A stretch of 64,000 bases of DNA from positions 23,872,001 to 23,936,000 of the forward strand of contig NC_087251.1 of NCBI RefSeq assembly GCF_037042905.1. The letters run 5' to 3'. A program made the translations under genes and the position numbers. This DNA comes from Lytechinus pictus. Taxonomy: Eukaryota. Shown here one piece after another: positions 41,558 through 54,437 of the stretch (position 1 is the stretch's first letter; each line of letters starts with the position of its first letter). The notes below the pieces were generated by a model. The model was not told where the DNA came from. It saw only the letters and a list, made by a program, of their open reading frames with translations, and did no database searches.

Positions 41558-42135
41558 AGATCACCATCACCGGAGACCATTACCACCATCCTGAAGATCA
41601 CCATCACCGGAGACCATTACCACCATCCTGAAATCACCATCACCAGAGACCATTACCACCATCCTGAAGATCACCATCACCAGAGTCCATTACCACCATC
41701 CTGAAGATCACCATCACCGGAGACCATTACCACCATCCTGAAATCACCCTCACCAGAGACCATTACCACCATCCTGAAGATCACCATCACCAGAGTCCAT
41801 TACCACCATCCTGAAGATCACCATCACCAGAGACCATTACCACCATCCTGAAGATCACCCTCACCAGAGACCATTACCACCATCCTGAAGATCACCATCA
41901 CCGGAGACCATGACCACCATCCTGAAGATCACCATCACCAGAGACCATTACCACCTCTTCATCAATCACCATTGCCATCACTATCACACTCATTGTCATC
42001 ATCAACATCACTATCATCATCATCACTTTCATAAGCATCATCACTATCTTCATCACCATCACCATCAACTTCATCACCATCACTATCATCATCACTATCA
42101 TCACCATCATTAGCATCACCATCGTCATCATAATC
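41558..42135. repeat. 37-bp minisatellite, right arm (~10 units), grading into a (CAT/CAC)n microsatellite
   Basis: Same unit resumes in phase after the LINE; degenerate CAT/CAC repeats at 41955-42135. Confidence 0.95.
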
Positions 42136-42308
42136 ATGTATAACCGAATTAATACAAAAAAGCTGTGGTCAAGAAATTTGTTGACTTCCGACAAGATTAA
42201 CGTACGTCTGAATGTCATGCTAAGGCACCAATGCGTACATTATTTTATGCACAATTTCATTGGCAGATGGCAGAATTGCACATCAGGTAAAATCAATTTC
42301 AATTTTAA

Positions 42309-42896
42309 AGGACAAGTCCAACCCAACAAAAAGATGATTTGAATAAAAAGAGAAAAATCCAACAAGCATAACACTGAAAATTTCATCAAAATCAGATGTA
42401 TAATAAGAAAGATATGACATTTTAAAGTTTCGCTTAATTTCACAAAACAGTTATATGTACATCCTGGTTGGTATGCAAATGAGGAAACTGATGTCATCCA
42501 CTCACTATTTCTTTTGTATTTTAATATATGAAATATTCTAATTTTCTCTTCATTTTCAAGTGAAAAAACAATTAATTTCTCCCTGAACATGTGGAATTAG
42601 CATTGTTTATTACTATATGGTTCCGACAAGTTGATCCTTATTGTCAAATCTGTAAAAAATGAAATATTGTGTAATTCAAACAATAAAAAACAAAAGAAAT
42701 AGTGAGGGACATCATCGACTGTCTCATTTGCATGTCACTGATTTGTGCATATCACTGTTTTGTGAAAAATAAGCAAAAATTTATAATGTCATAACTTTCT
42801 TATCTTACATCCGATTTGGATGAAATTTTCAGCATTAAGCTAGTTTGATTTTTCTCTATTTATTCAAATCAACATTTTTCTGAGGTGGACTTGACC
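42309..42896. mobile_element. Kolobok-like MITE, family A (opposite orientation to 4325-4891)
   Basis: TTAA flanks; AGGACAAGTCCA...TGGACTTGACC termini. Confidence 0.85.
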
Positions 42897-44996
42897 TTAA
42901 AGAGCAGAGAAAATTGCATTTATATCACATGACAAACGAGAGAGCTTATACATGTGATGTCACACAATCCTAACTTATAAAACCATTATACTATTGTCTT
43001 TTGGAAGATTCACCAAACATTCATATTTTAAAACCAACTTGATGAAAGGATGAACTTCCCCTCTTTACTTTGCGACGGGTGATGTTGAACCGGCCATACT
43101 GTGTATTCTGAAAAAATGCTATTTTAATAAAGTAAATTAATCTTACGTTAGGGCCAACACATGCCGACGATTGAATTACTTCTACGTATAGAGTGTTGAT
43201 ACACTTCCAATAGACCTCTCAACCCATGTAACTGGAAAAAAAAGGATGATTTTACGCAAACATATGGGAAACAGTATTTCACAAGAGGTCAGAATGGTTA
43301 AAACTGTATTCTTTCCTCCAAAATCAGAATGGTTGAGGTCTGCTTTCACCGTACCAAGACCCGTCCCAATAAGCTTTCTACCATCAGTTTTGACAAGAGT
43401 TATGATGATTTTAATCATTTCAGTTCTTTTCAAAGCCTTGTACAAAAGCTTGGTAACATTTCTTCCAGCTCTCAGACATGGCAAGGCAAATCACCGCACT
43501 TCTGTGAACAAAGATGCAAACAAGCACTTCAATGTCCAAGGTAACACCAACTAACTCATGACATGATAATCATCACCACAGCTTATTTCATGTCAAGAGA
43601 TGGTCCACAAAACTGCATTTAAGACATAGGTTCCTTCAAATACTTGACAATATTTAGAATTTGCATTGTTGTACAAGGACACTTGTCATCGTTTTCAAAA
43701 ATATGTATATTTTGGACTGAAACAAGAAGAACAATGTAATGCATAAATAATTAGTTTATGACACAATTCATCTGCAGTTTAATAGACATGAGTAGCATGC
43801 AATAACAATACTCATGAACAAGACATTCTTGGCTTGTATTCCACAGTAAAAGGTTTGCACAAAATACAACAACTTCAGAATGACTATTCAATTTCAACAA
43901 ACATGGAAAGCAATAAGCATATAAGATGTAGTTTTCCAAGAAGTTACAATTTCAATTTGTTTCGGTAATATCTATTATATTCAATGGTTTGATTGTTTTT
44001 TTTATTTTTTATGTTGGTTTGATTGTCTTGATAAGCAATACAAGGTCCTACTGTATAAGATTTAGATCCTTGAATTAATTTCTTGATATCAAGTAAGCTT
44101 TTGACAACTGTAACAATACCCCCCCCCCCCTTAACAGTTTACTTCATTCACCCATCCACTTAAATATTTGACCCTATAAAAGATGTAACAATCATAGGCA
44201 GCATAACATAAACCACCTTTGCAGAAGAAAAGTAGTAACATTTATGTCTCTGATATGCATTACATAAACAACAAATGACAAGCTGATATATGACAAAATT
44301 TCAGTTACCTTGAAAATGGAATAATATACTGTGGGATATATATATCCAAGAGGACTATGACAGTAGCATTTCTACAATGTACATTTCCTACATAAACAAT
44401 GTATGAAGTGGTGTGCTCTTTGAGGTTTTCAATAATTGGCTGTTTGTTTTTTTAATTTCAAAGCATACTTTGCATCAATATATTCAACAATTAATTAGTG
44501 CACAATAGATTATAAAAACAATTCCAAATTTGATCTTACTGCATTCAAAAACAAAAATTAAGATCCATAGTATCACAGTCTCAAATATAAACTATTTTGG
44601 ACTCACAAGTCAAATAATCATTTTCTGATTTTAAAATACCATTCATTTCATCATTCATTTTCTCATTATTTCTTCCATTTTTGTCATTGAATGGTAGCAA
44701 CAATATAATCACACATTGATAGGACATCCAAACTTAACTTACATCTACCCATAATGCATTTGAATATAATATGAACTGTATATTTACCATGAAAATGAGA
44801 AAAATGCCTTTAATAGCATGAGAAAGCAAATGCATCCATTCGTGTTGTGGATCATACTGATTTCACTGTGCAACCTACGACTAAAATAAAATTCCACCAC
44901 AAAATACCCGGAGATAACACACTCACCATAGCACAAATCATCCCCTTTCTAGTGAAAGCCTGAAAAATAGAACATATCTAAACTTGTGAGAAGATG

Positions 44997-45002
44997 TTTA
45001 TT
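44997..45002 (-). terminator. Possible proximal eIF5 polyadenylation signal (AATAAA)
   Basis: AATAAA about 60 nt after the stop codon; other distal signals exist (e.g. ~44001). Confidence 0.3.
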
Positions 45003-45062
45003 GTATGCAGATGTGTACAATAAAGACAGTTTTTTGACAAATGTATACAGTAGAGACAGTAT

Positions 45063-45182
45063 TTAGATATCATCAATGTCAAGGTCCTCTTCTTCCTTTG
45101 CAGGTGGTGGAGCAGCAGGTGTCTTGTTTGGTTCAGCACTCTCCACCTTGAGACCAGCTCCTCCACGGTTACTGAAAGCAAC
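45063..45182 (-). CDS. EIF5: eIF5 terminal coding exon 9
   Basis: VAFSNRGGAGLKVESAEPNKTPAAPPPAKEEEDLDIDDI-stop, with the conserved acidic DIDxI-type tail; total spliced CDS 1269 nt = 422 aa. Confidence 0.94.
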   Translation of the reverse strand, partial: VAFSNRGGAGLKVESAEPNKTPAAPPPAKEEEDLDIDDI

Positions 45183-45924
45183 CTGTAAATAGATCAAACA
45201 ATCAATATTTCAATGAAATGAAGAATAAAAGGAATCTCAATACTAAAAAAAAAAAAAAAAAAACAATACAAACATTATTCAAAAGGAAAGGAAGCATTGT
45301 TTCCATGACATTATTATTGTTATTTATTTGGCATTTCAAACAACAAACAGAACCATATGTGTTTACTTGTGTCATAATCAATAGTTTACTTTACTGCACA
45401 TGCAGAGAGACTTGAATTTTCACAATTTTTAAGTTTACTTGTTATTTTATCACAGGCAATCTCTGGTTAAATGCCAAAACTAAGAGCCATTCGGATTGTA
45501 ATCAATATTTCTTGAGGTGCCGGCACAAATACGCTAAACTCAAAGATTGCTAGCTTGTAGGTGATCTCTTTTTTTTTCAAATTATATTACCAGATATAAG
45601 GTTTAAAAAATAGAGCTGGTAAAGCAGATGTGCACCGAATACTTCTAAGGTTTTTAATAACGATTGCACAACTCATCGTATCATGAAATTGTTCCACATA
45701 CTTTCTAATTTATGGGGAAATCTAAAAAATTCAACCTTTGTTAACATTTCAACATTGATGACGCTACTGCTGCCACTGTCGGAAAAGCAGTGCCTATGCA
45801 GGCAAGACAAAAATTGTGTTCTTTATGATGCAAAAGCAGGATTTCCTTTAGATCATTATTTGCGTTTTTACTGCCTGTTTGAAAGAGACGTCAAAGAACT
45901 AAGAATATCACAAGAAATACTAAC

Positions 45925-46041
45925 CACGACTTCATCCTCACTGGACTCTTCTTCTTCTGCCTCTTTGAGCCATTTGATGAAAGGAGCTGCTTTCTCATGA
46001 ATCTGTTGCATTATCTCCTTTGAAACATACTTCTTAGATGG
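45925..46041 (-). CDS. EIF5: eIF5 coding exon 8 (AA-box 2)
   Basis: [39 protein letters not shown]; 117 nt. Confidence 0.96.
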
Positions 46042-46621
46042 CTAAAGAAACACACAAAATATCAATAATTCAGGATGCATAGATCCATTGAAATAGTCAA
46101 GTACCATTAATAAATCGGTAGCATGACAAGAATTCAAAAGATACTTTAAAAAAGAATGTTAATCTTTTATTGAAAGGTAGAACTATTAAATATTTTTAAC
46201 ACAATATTTTAATAGTGTTATGATATACTTAAATTTGATAACTATTTTTATTTGGTGATTTGTAAACATTTCTTTTTTTTTAGAGGGGGGGGGGGGCTTT
46301 AAGTAATGAATACAATTTAAATTGTAAACAAATGACTGGCAGATAAGTACACGATAGATTTTTCTAAAGAAAGACAAGAAATATAGCCTAGGTTTTCAAC
46401 TGTTGTAACTAAAAATGTAAGTTACTTGACATATCTTTTAGAACCTGGTTGATTGAATCTCTAAAATACTCAGAATGGAGATTTGCACGGGAGGTTTGCC
46501 AGAGAGAGCGGTCTAGATTATGAGCAACAGAGCTTAAAACGTAAACCCTTAAATCTAAAAACCTGGGGTTCTTCTATGGTTTCTGACAGGAGTCCATTCC
46601 AAACAGTAAACTTAAGCTTAC

Positions 46622-46786
46622 CTTTGCAGCCCAGGTTAGGATGACCTCTTCATCGACAAGGTCAAGATCATAGACAGCCTTGAATATTGAAGGTACCTTC
46701 GGAACCAGAACCTTGGCATGTAGAGCGATCAGCTGTTCAATACCACCAAGGAAATACTTCTGACCCTTAGGATTGTCATTCAAAAA
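46622..46786 (-). CDS. EIF5: eIF5 coding exon 7 (W2 domain, AA-box 1)
   Basis: FLNDNPKGQKYFLGGIEQLI...YDLDLVDEEVILTWAAK; 165 nt. Confidence 0.96.
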
Positions 46787-47019
46787 CTGAAAGAAAAAAA
46801 ATTCATTTATTTATTTGTTGTTCACCAAGAGGTGGACTGGGGAGAGTTTAAAAAAGAGTGGAAATTGGCTGCGGCTCAGACCATCAAACAAAACTTTATT
46901 TTTAAACAATCATAAGTGTCCATTTAGGATTTGCATTTGATTAATTAAGATAACTTTAAACTAAACTCTTTATGCAAAAAAATAACAACCTATGATTTGA
47001 ATTGATTGGTTGGAATAAA

Positions 47020-48360
47020 AACAAGTGGAACGCCTCTGGCAGTCTCGCCTGCATTACGCGATTTAATATAGCAGCAGTGCTAACTTTGAAAACTACTATA
47101 AAATAATCATTCACAAAAACACCATTCATATAATGACATAATACCACGTTCATTGACCATAAATGACATTTGAACGGTGACATAAGACTTGTCAACTACA
47201 CCCATGTCCACATTTCATTCACTCTATCAATAAACTTTCAAAGTTATGATGGCAATTCAACAATTACCCCAACATGGCCTAAGTTTATTGACCTTAACTG
47301 ACCTTTGACCTTGGTTTTGTGACCTGAAACTCACAGGGGATGTTCAGTGACACTTGATTACTCTTATATCCCAAGTTTTATGAACTAGATCCATAAACTT
47401 TCAGAGTTAGGTTGGTAATTCAACAAATACCCCCAACACGGCCAAAGTTCATTGACCTTTAATGACCTTTGACCATGGTCATGTGGCCTGAAACTCGTAC
47501 AGGATGTTCAGTGATACTTGATTACTATTATGTCCAAGTTTTATGAACCAGATCCATAAACTTTCAGAGTTAGGATGGAAATTTAACAAATACCCCCAAC
47601 ACGGCCAAAGTTCATTGACCTTAAATGACCATTGACCATGGTCATGTGACCTGAAACTTGCACAGGATATTCAGTGGTACTTGATTAAACTAATGTCTAA
47701 GTTTCATGAACTAGATCCATAAATTTTCAAAGTTATGATGGTAATTCAAAAAATACCCCCAACTTGGCCAAAGTTCATTGACCCTAAATGACCTTTGACC
47801 TTGGTCATGTGACCTGAAACTCAGGCAGGATGTTCACTCATACTTGATTAACCTTATGTCCAAGTTTCATGAACTAGATCCATAAATTTTCAAAGTTATG
47901 ATAGTAATTCAACAAATACCCCTAACTTGACCAAAGTTCATTGACCCTAAATGACCTTTGACCTTGGTCAGGTGACCTGAAACTCGAGCAGGATGTTCAC
48001 TAATACTTGATTAACCTTATGCCCAAGTTTCATGAACTAGGTCCATATACTTTCTAAGTTATGATGTCATTTCAAAAACTTAACCTTCGGTTAAGATTTT
48101 GAAAATAATTCTCCCAACATGGTCCAAGTTCATTGACCCTAAATGACCTTTGACCTTGGTCATGTGACCTGAAACTCAGGCAGGATGTTCAGTAATACTT
48201 GATTAACCTCATGTCCAAGTTTCATGAACTAGGTCCATATACTTTTTAAGTTATGATGTCATTTCATAAACTTAACCTTAGGTTAAGATTTGATGTTGAC
48301 GCCGCCGCCGTCGGAAAAGCGGCGCCTATAGTCTCGCTCTGCTATGCAGGCGAGACAAAA
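47020..48360. mobile_element. Helentron-associated/DINE-1-like element with an internal ~163-bp tandem array, in the eIF5 intron between coding exons 6 and 7
   Basis: AACAAG start; subterminal GTCTCGCCTGCA; ~6 repeats of ~163 bp; (GCC)n; terminal hairpin GTCTCGCTCTGC-TAT-GCAGGCGAGAC; A-run flanks. A 3' fragment lies at ~45680-45812. Confidence 0.75.
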
Positions 48361-48676
48361 AAAATGCTAGTGCCAGGGTCACTTTTGCATATATACAGAG
48401 CTTTATTAGATATAACTGACTTACATCTGGTGGGTGTTTCATACAGTGGTTCATTAAGTTACGCACGACTCTACGCATGACTGGAACATGTTCACAGGTC
48501 ATAAATCAATTACACAGGGAAATCACATAGCACAAGAAAGTATCACCAGTCGTGCGTCTTATGAACAGCTTTATAAAACACCCACCAGCTTTTAATAATC
48601 CAATATGAAAAAATAAAAATCCAATGTTAACATAACCACAAATCAGTAAAAGTGCAATATCATGAACAGTATTTAC

Positions 48677-48838
48677 CCTCAAGAAATGATACTGATACTG
48701 CTTGAGCTGTTTCAACACCTGCTCATCAAGGAGAAGTTCAGCTAAAATAAGAGCTCCTTTGTCCTTTATGTCGAGACGCTCTGCTTCTACCAAAAACTCC
48801 TTGTCGCACCCCTTTAAGTCACCTCCTGCTTTCTTTGC
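48677..48838 (-). CDS. EIF5: eIF5 coding exon 6 (W2/HEAT domain)
   Basis: AKKAGGDLKGCDKEFLVEAERLDIKDKGALILAELLLDEQ...HFLR; 162 nt. Confidence 0.95.
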
Positions 48839-48968
48839 CTAAAATTGTTATTCAATGAAACAAAATGGTTAACACAATTTTATATTCAAATCTGGTGAAA
48901 ATCTAAACACATATATCGTTCACTTAGCATGTTATGATCTAACAACCTCTTTACAGCTAACTTTACAT

Positions 48969-49139
48969 TTTGTTAACAAATTTTTGGCATTACTCCCATT
49001 TGTTTAAGATCAGTATGCTCGATCTGTAATGAAAATCATAAGATCATAAGTCAGAAAAAAATGATCTTAAGATTTTCATTACAGATCGAGCATACTGATC
49101 TTAAACAAATGGGAGTAATGCCAAAAATTTGTTAACAAA
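48969..49139. repeat. Near-perfect foldback (79-bp arms, 13-nt loop) in an eIF5 intron
   Basis: 48969-49047 vs 49061-49139, one mismatch. Confidence 0.95.
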
Positions 49140-49551
49140 TTATAATTTTCTCCTATTAAAAAGCCTCTTAATTTACTAACTTAACATTATATCAAATTAA
49201 CAGACTGCATTAACACAAGTGTGCATGAGCTGAACTCTAGTCTGTATCTAAAATCAAATTCCCTGCCTAACTACCAAGTCAAATTGTTAAGCAATTTCTT
49301 TTTCAATCGGTTGAAAAATCAAAATGTTTTACATGCACATTTTTTAATGAATTGCTGAGTACATGAAGATTGCTGAAAATAACTTGATACCATCTATCAT
49401 ACTATCCTATTGTGTAAAGACTTGTTATATTAACAGATGAACAGTTTCTTTAACAAAATTACTGTCAGCCATTCAGATTGAAGGATTTCAGTAGCTTTTA
49501 ACAGTTATTGCATATTTGTTATCATAATAAATTGTTTTTATTTTTTTTTAC

Positions 49552-49710
49552 CTTTACAAATTTATAGAAGATGTCGAGTCTCTCCTGTCCCGTCTTCTCT
49601 AAGTCATCATTGAGGGTCAAGCCCTTAGCACCACTGCTCAAATCCCCCATTCTCTCTCGGATAGCCTCTTCACTGGTATCAACTGACCACTCCTCATCAT
49701 CACCATCATC
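49552..49710 (-). CDS. EIF5: eIF5 coding exon 5
   Basis: DDGDDEEWSVDTSEEAIRERMGDLSSGAKGLTLNDDLEKTGQERLDIFYKFVK (DWEAR-type linker motif); 159 nt, AG/GT. Confidence 0.95.
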
Positions 49711-50016
49711 CTAGATGGACAGAACAAGAGAAATACCTTCATGACGTACCTAAACCTTGCATCTCGAAGTTCATAACAGATACACTAAATGGCTGATGGT
49801 TGTAAGGTTGTAATGGTTGTAAGGGCTAGACACAAGACAGCTGTATAAATGTCTTCTGCTTCTGACTCTATACCCTTTAAATTCTTTTAAACTCAACACG
49901 GAACTCAGAGACCATCATATTACACATAGACAATGGGTGATTTCAAGTCTCAGTGTTCATTCTATTATTGCAGCCTCGAGTACCCCCCCCCCCCCATAAA
50001 AAATGAAAATGCTTAC

Positions 50017-50235
50017 TAAGTTAGCATCTTCCTCTTGACAGGCATCACCCTCTCCATTCTGTTGTTTACTCTGAGACTTCTTCCCCTTGCGCTCAGTCTT
50101 TGACGATCCAACGCTCTTTGGATCATGTTCAGGGGGGTTCTTGATGATGAATGTACTCAGTTTATGACGCTGGTCCACAATACCCACGTGACCGCAGGCA
50201 ATACAACGCTGACCAATGTTGCCTTTCTTCACAAT
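50017..50235 (-). CDS. EIF5: eIF5 coding exon 4
   Basis: IVKKGNIGQRCIACGHVGIVDQRHKLSTFIIKNPP...; completes the C4 zinc ribbon; 219 nt. Confidence 0.95.
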
Positions 50236-51214
50236 CTGGTGGAATTATAATGGCATGGCCAACAACAAAAAATTAACAAATGCCAAAACTCCAAATCACA
50301 ATGTTATAAAAGAAATACCTGTATGACATTTTCCATTAAATCTCATTTAAAAATATGGCATAGTACATGTCCCCTTGAGCATGGCGCAGTGATGCATTAC
50401 AGAACACAATCAAATGAGAACCTAAGTGTGATTTTATATCACCCATAACTCTTACCGACTAAAACTTTACAAACATTAAAACCATGTGTGAAACATACAT
50501 CCCTCTCAAAATTAAGTTAAAATAAGTGCATGAGTAATTGAATTTGAAATTATCAACACCAGATATTGGCTATAAACAGTCAAGAAATAATTCTGGGGAC
50601 TTACACATGCACACTAACCAAAACAACTGGGCACTCAGCGTCTCAGCCCCAATATTATACAATATGTGAATGCATTAAACTCATCATTTGAGAAAGATAC
50701 AAGAGAATTTCAATAATGAATTCCTGTTTATTATATTTTCCTACTTGCATTTTTCATCCCATACTAACATTTGGCATAACACTCTTTCAAATTTCAAAGT
50801 ACAGGCCTTAAAAATGCCAAGGGAATATGAAGGCAGATGGAATAACTAGATGAAAATGTCAAACGGAAAGTTTATCCTGACATCAAGTTGGTTTTAATGA
50901 AAACAGAAAACTTAGAGAACAGTATCCATGAAAGTTTAACTGAAATTCATCAAAAACTAGAGTTGTCAATTTAAAACCCTTTCTATTTTGTAATGCCGCC
51001 TGGAAGCAGCTGCCCATTACGTCATATAATATAAATATATATCTCTCATAGAATCATGTAGGAAATTACTTGTCAAATGATAAACTCAATGTAAAATCAA
51101 TTTCATTTTTCTGAGAAATCACATTTTAAGTCATATATATATGAAGGATTTAAAAAACCAACTACTAAACCAACTATGGGTCAGAATGAACTTGAAGAGA
51201 TGTCTTAGTCTTAC

Positions 51215-51387
51215 CAGAAAGGTTTCGGGATTGTCACACTCGGGACACAGCACATATTTCCTGATGAAGATATCTAGCATCTCCTGAAGTTTGTTAGCAT
51301 CATGCGAGCCATTTACAATGAAGCGATTATTCTTGAAATCAAACTGGGTTTGGGCACCAAGCTCACAGCCAAAAAACTTTGTAGGGT
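51215..51387 (-). CDS. EIF5: eIF5 coding exon 3
   Basis: (Y)[16 protein letters not shown]...[36 protein letters not shown]; 173 nt, phase-consistent. Confidence 0.97.
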
Positions 51388-51616
51388 CTGTGCACACAAG
51401 ATACAATAAGAGGAAATTGGTATAATAGATGCATTCTACAAATACTGAAGTGGTTGATATCAAAACAAAGCACATATTTGCAAGGATTCTATATTTTCGA
51501 ATTGAAACCATTGTAGTACTTTTAAATTCTATGGCGTAACAAAAAAACATACAGGTGTATATTACATCTTTTTCAATCCACATGTGACTTCCTGTACCCA
51601 ACCATTTTCCATTTAA

Positions 51617-52231
51617 AGGGGAATCCAACCCAACCTAAAACTTGTTTTTATAAGGAAAAGAAAAATCAGACAAGTTGATAGGTGAAAGTTTGAACAATAT
51701 TGGACAAACAACAAGGAAGTTATGAATTTTTAAAAGTTGTAAATATTGGTAATCACTATACCCATGGAGACTTCAAATTGGCTGCATATGGGATGTCATA
51801 GTGATGTAAGGCAAGGACTACTCTTCCATGTACTCCAATACATATTATGGCTAAAATGTCATTTTCCCCAAAAGTTTTATTTCAAATCATATTTTTATTT
51901 CATGAGGACATAAAACAATATACCACCTGGGTTATATTTAGATTACTGCCCCTGGGGAATGGGTACTTAGGAGAAAACCACAAATTCCTGGAGAAAACCA
52001 CAAATTCCTGATAATAAAGTACATAGCCTATGGGAAAGTTGTCCTTGCCCCTTGTCATAATTTACTTACTCAGTTGCCAATTTGAAATCTACATAGTATT
52101 AGTGATCTCAATTTTAAAGCAGCTATAACTTTCTTATTGCTTGTCTGATTTCTTTGAAACTTTCGCCATTCTGTTAAATTCATTTTTCTCCTTCCCAACA
52201 CAACATTTTATGGCCAAGGCTGGATTCCCCT
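51617..52231. mobile_element. Kolobok-like MITE, family F
   Basis: TTAA TSD; AGGGGAATCCA...TGGATTCCCCT termini; internal 21-bp tandem duplication near 51970-52010. Confidence 0.85.
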
Positions 52232-52705
52232 TTAAAAAGAATTTTCTTTAAGCATACTGTTTAACATACATGTATTGTTAATTATGTCCTCATAATGAAA
52301 AATACCATACGGAGTCAAGTTCACTGTTAGTATTGTAATAATACTGTATGGAATTTTGATATCACTGTACATGTATAAGGAACTCTGTATAAAATGGTAG
52401 AAACAAGATTATGCATGACTTGTTAAAATCATATTTAGAGCTGTTGTGATAATTGAACTGATATTTATAAACTGCATACCAGCAAACTGAACTGCCTTAT
52501 CTAGTCCATTCCACATGCAGAATGGTACAATGTACACTCATATGCAGCCCACTTTATTGAAACAAATTTTGAAACCACATGTATCTAATAATCCCCAATA
52601 TGAAAAATCCTATATCAAAAATTTTGATATCATTTGAAAATACCCAAGAAGCAAAGAAAGAATTACAAATTATCAAATCAGTCAAAAGATAAAAACTTGA
52701 TGGTG

Positions 52706-53951
52706 CCCGGGCCCAGCGGACGGGTGCAATTAACTTGGTGATAACTCCCGATTTGTTTTGAATTTTCAACCGTCATCCGTGCACGTGGAGACAGAGTTAA
52801 TTATATCATGGAAAATTTGCTTGCTTATATTTTCAATGTATGTTAACGAAGTTCCCTAAAATTTTCAGGACTTACCAAAAATAATATCATTCTATCCTGA
52901 AAAAATTATATCAAACGATCAAATAGTTATAATTTCTCGCTTACTTTCATTTTCGTCGTCTCCAAAACATGCCCTCAAACTTTTTCCAGACATATCTCTA
53001 CCCTGCATTGAATATTCATGAGATTCGCTGTGCATATTCATTAGATATGTACGGATTTGCATGCCAAGTTTTCGCTGTGCCGAAGACTTATTTTTTGAGA
53101 AATCACTGTATGAAAATGGGGTTCTGACACAAAATAACAAGGAGTTATGATACCAACAAACCCAATTCCCACGCACACGGCCACAGTATGTCCGGGTCCA
53201 AGTGTTTACATGCACTCGAACTGTACTTACCAAGCTGAATGAAATACAAGGTAGGCATAGAAATTTCTCCTTTTCTCTTTCTCTGTATTTTACTGAACTG
53301 ACATACGATTACCATGATCAGTGATGAAATGAAGCTTACGAAAAGCTTAATTTCACTGGTCAACTTGCTAACACATGCGCTGCAAAACCAAACTCTCGCC
53401 AAATTGTCTGATACATGAATAGGGATCTCGAACGCTACCACTCACACTAGTGCAAGGTTAGTACCACAAAGAACCGCGTTGGCAGTGGATTTCTAACTAG
53501 TGGGTTGCGCGTGCTGTGACGCCACTTCTAGCGTCCACAACACACAACTTCTATGGCTTGATATACAAGAACTGATTTTCACACAAAGTTACCTTAATAG
53601 TTACTTTCTGACATATCTCAATCTCGTTCATGCCAAAGACCTAAAAATGTGAAATTTAAGCGATTTTTTTTTTACTTCTTATTTTCATTTTTTTCATGGA
53701 AGGTTTTTGACATATTTTTCATATTTTTACTCCACAAACGACAAAACTAACTTAATAAACAGTCAAAGTAATCATTCTTCTTTCCAAAATAAAAACATCA
53801 CTCAGATTCATGGTCATTTACAAAAGTTAAGGCAGTTTTGTAGCGACACTTTCTCAGCGGTTTCAGGAAACCCTCTCGTTAACTTTGAGCGTTTTCGAGG
53901 TCAACTGAAAACAAAATCAGCCGATAATTGCACCTCTCCACTTTGCCTGTG
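52706..53951 (-). mobile_element. Degenerate DNA transposon remnant (possibly Chapaev/Transib-like)
   Basis: 27-bp imperfect TIR (20/27), one end CACAGG; CpG-rich; decayed CxxC...CxxC reading frame; no TSD found. Confidence 0.4.
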
Positions 53952-54010
53952 CCTTCTAGGTTTGAGCATGACATTGATATCATCTACGCATTGCTGAATG
54001 TGATACTTAC

Positions 54011-54092
54011 ATGTAGGTGGTCTACATAAGGACTTGCCAATCTCCACCATGTTTATGATGACAGTTTTAATGCCATTCCCACTTCCCTCAAC
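54011..54092 (-). CDS. EIF5: eIF5 coding exon 2
   Basis: [27 protein letters not shown]; 82 nt with AG/GT boundaries, phase 1 end. Confidence 0.97.
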
Positions 54093-54365
54093 CTGAAAAC
54101 AAAACAGATCAATGTAAGAGAAATAATTAGGATGCTACATATCATCGCACCAAGAAACTACACTATATAAGGGAAAGCACTAAAATTAAAACAGTAAAAT
54201 ACAGTTTGTGTTTGAGGATAGTAGCCCCAATGGTTGTTTACATGTATTATCTAAGCAGACCTGTGATACTGGCACATGAATTGTATACTTTCTTTTAAAA
54301 CACAATACACCAACTACAGAATGATTTGTCCTTTTAATTTATGTTATGTCGTTCGGTCAACAAAC

Positions 54366-54437
54366 CTTGGCTAGGAGACGTGGCATCTTGTAGCGGTAGA
54401 ACTGGTCAGTGATCGCTCTGTTGACATTGAGAGACAT
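54366..54437 (-). CDS. EIF5: Eukaryotic translation initiation factor 5, coding exon 1
   Basis: [24 protein letters not shown] with the GAP arginine in FYRYKMP; ATG in good context (ACAATGT); GT donor at 54365. Confidence 0.97.

Noticed and set aside
41898..42218. His-rich and Met/Val-rich ORFs
   Set aside because: Translations of the CAT/CAC microsatellite and minisatellite
43182..43554. Overlapping ORFs on both strands between the LINE and eIF5
   Set aside because: No recognisable homology or splice context; probably distal 3' UTR or intergenic DNA
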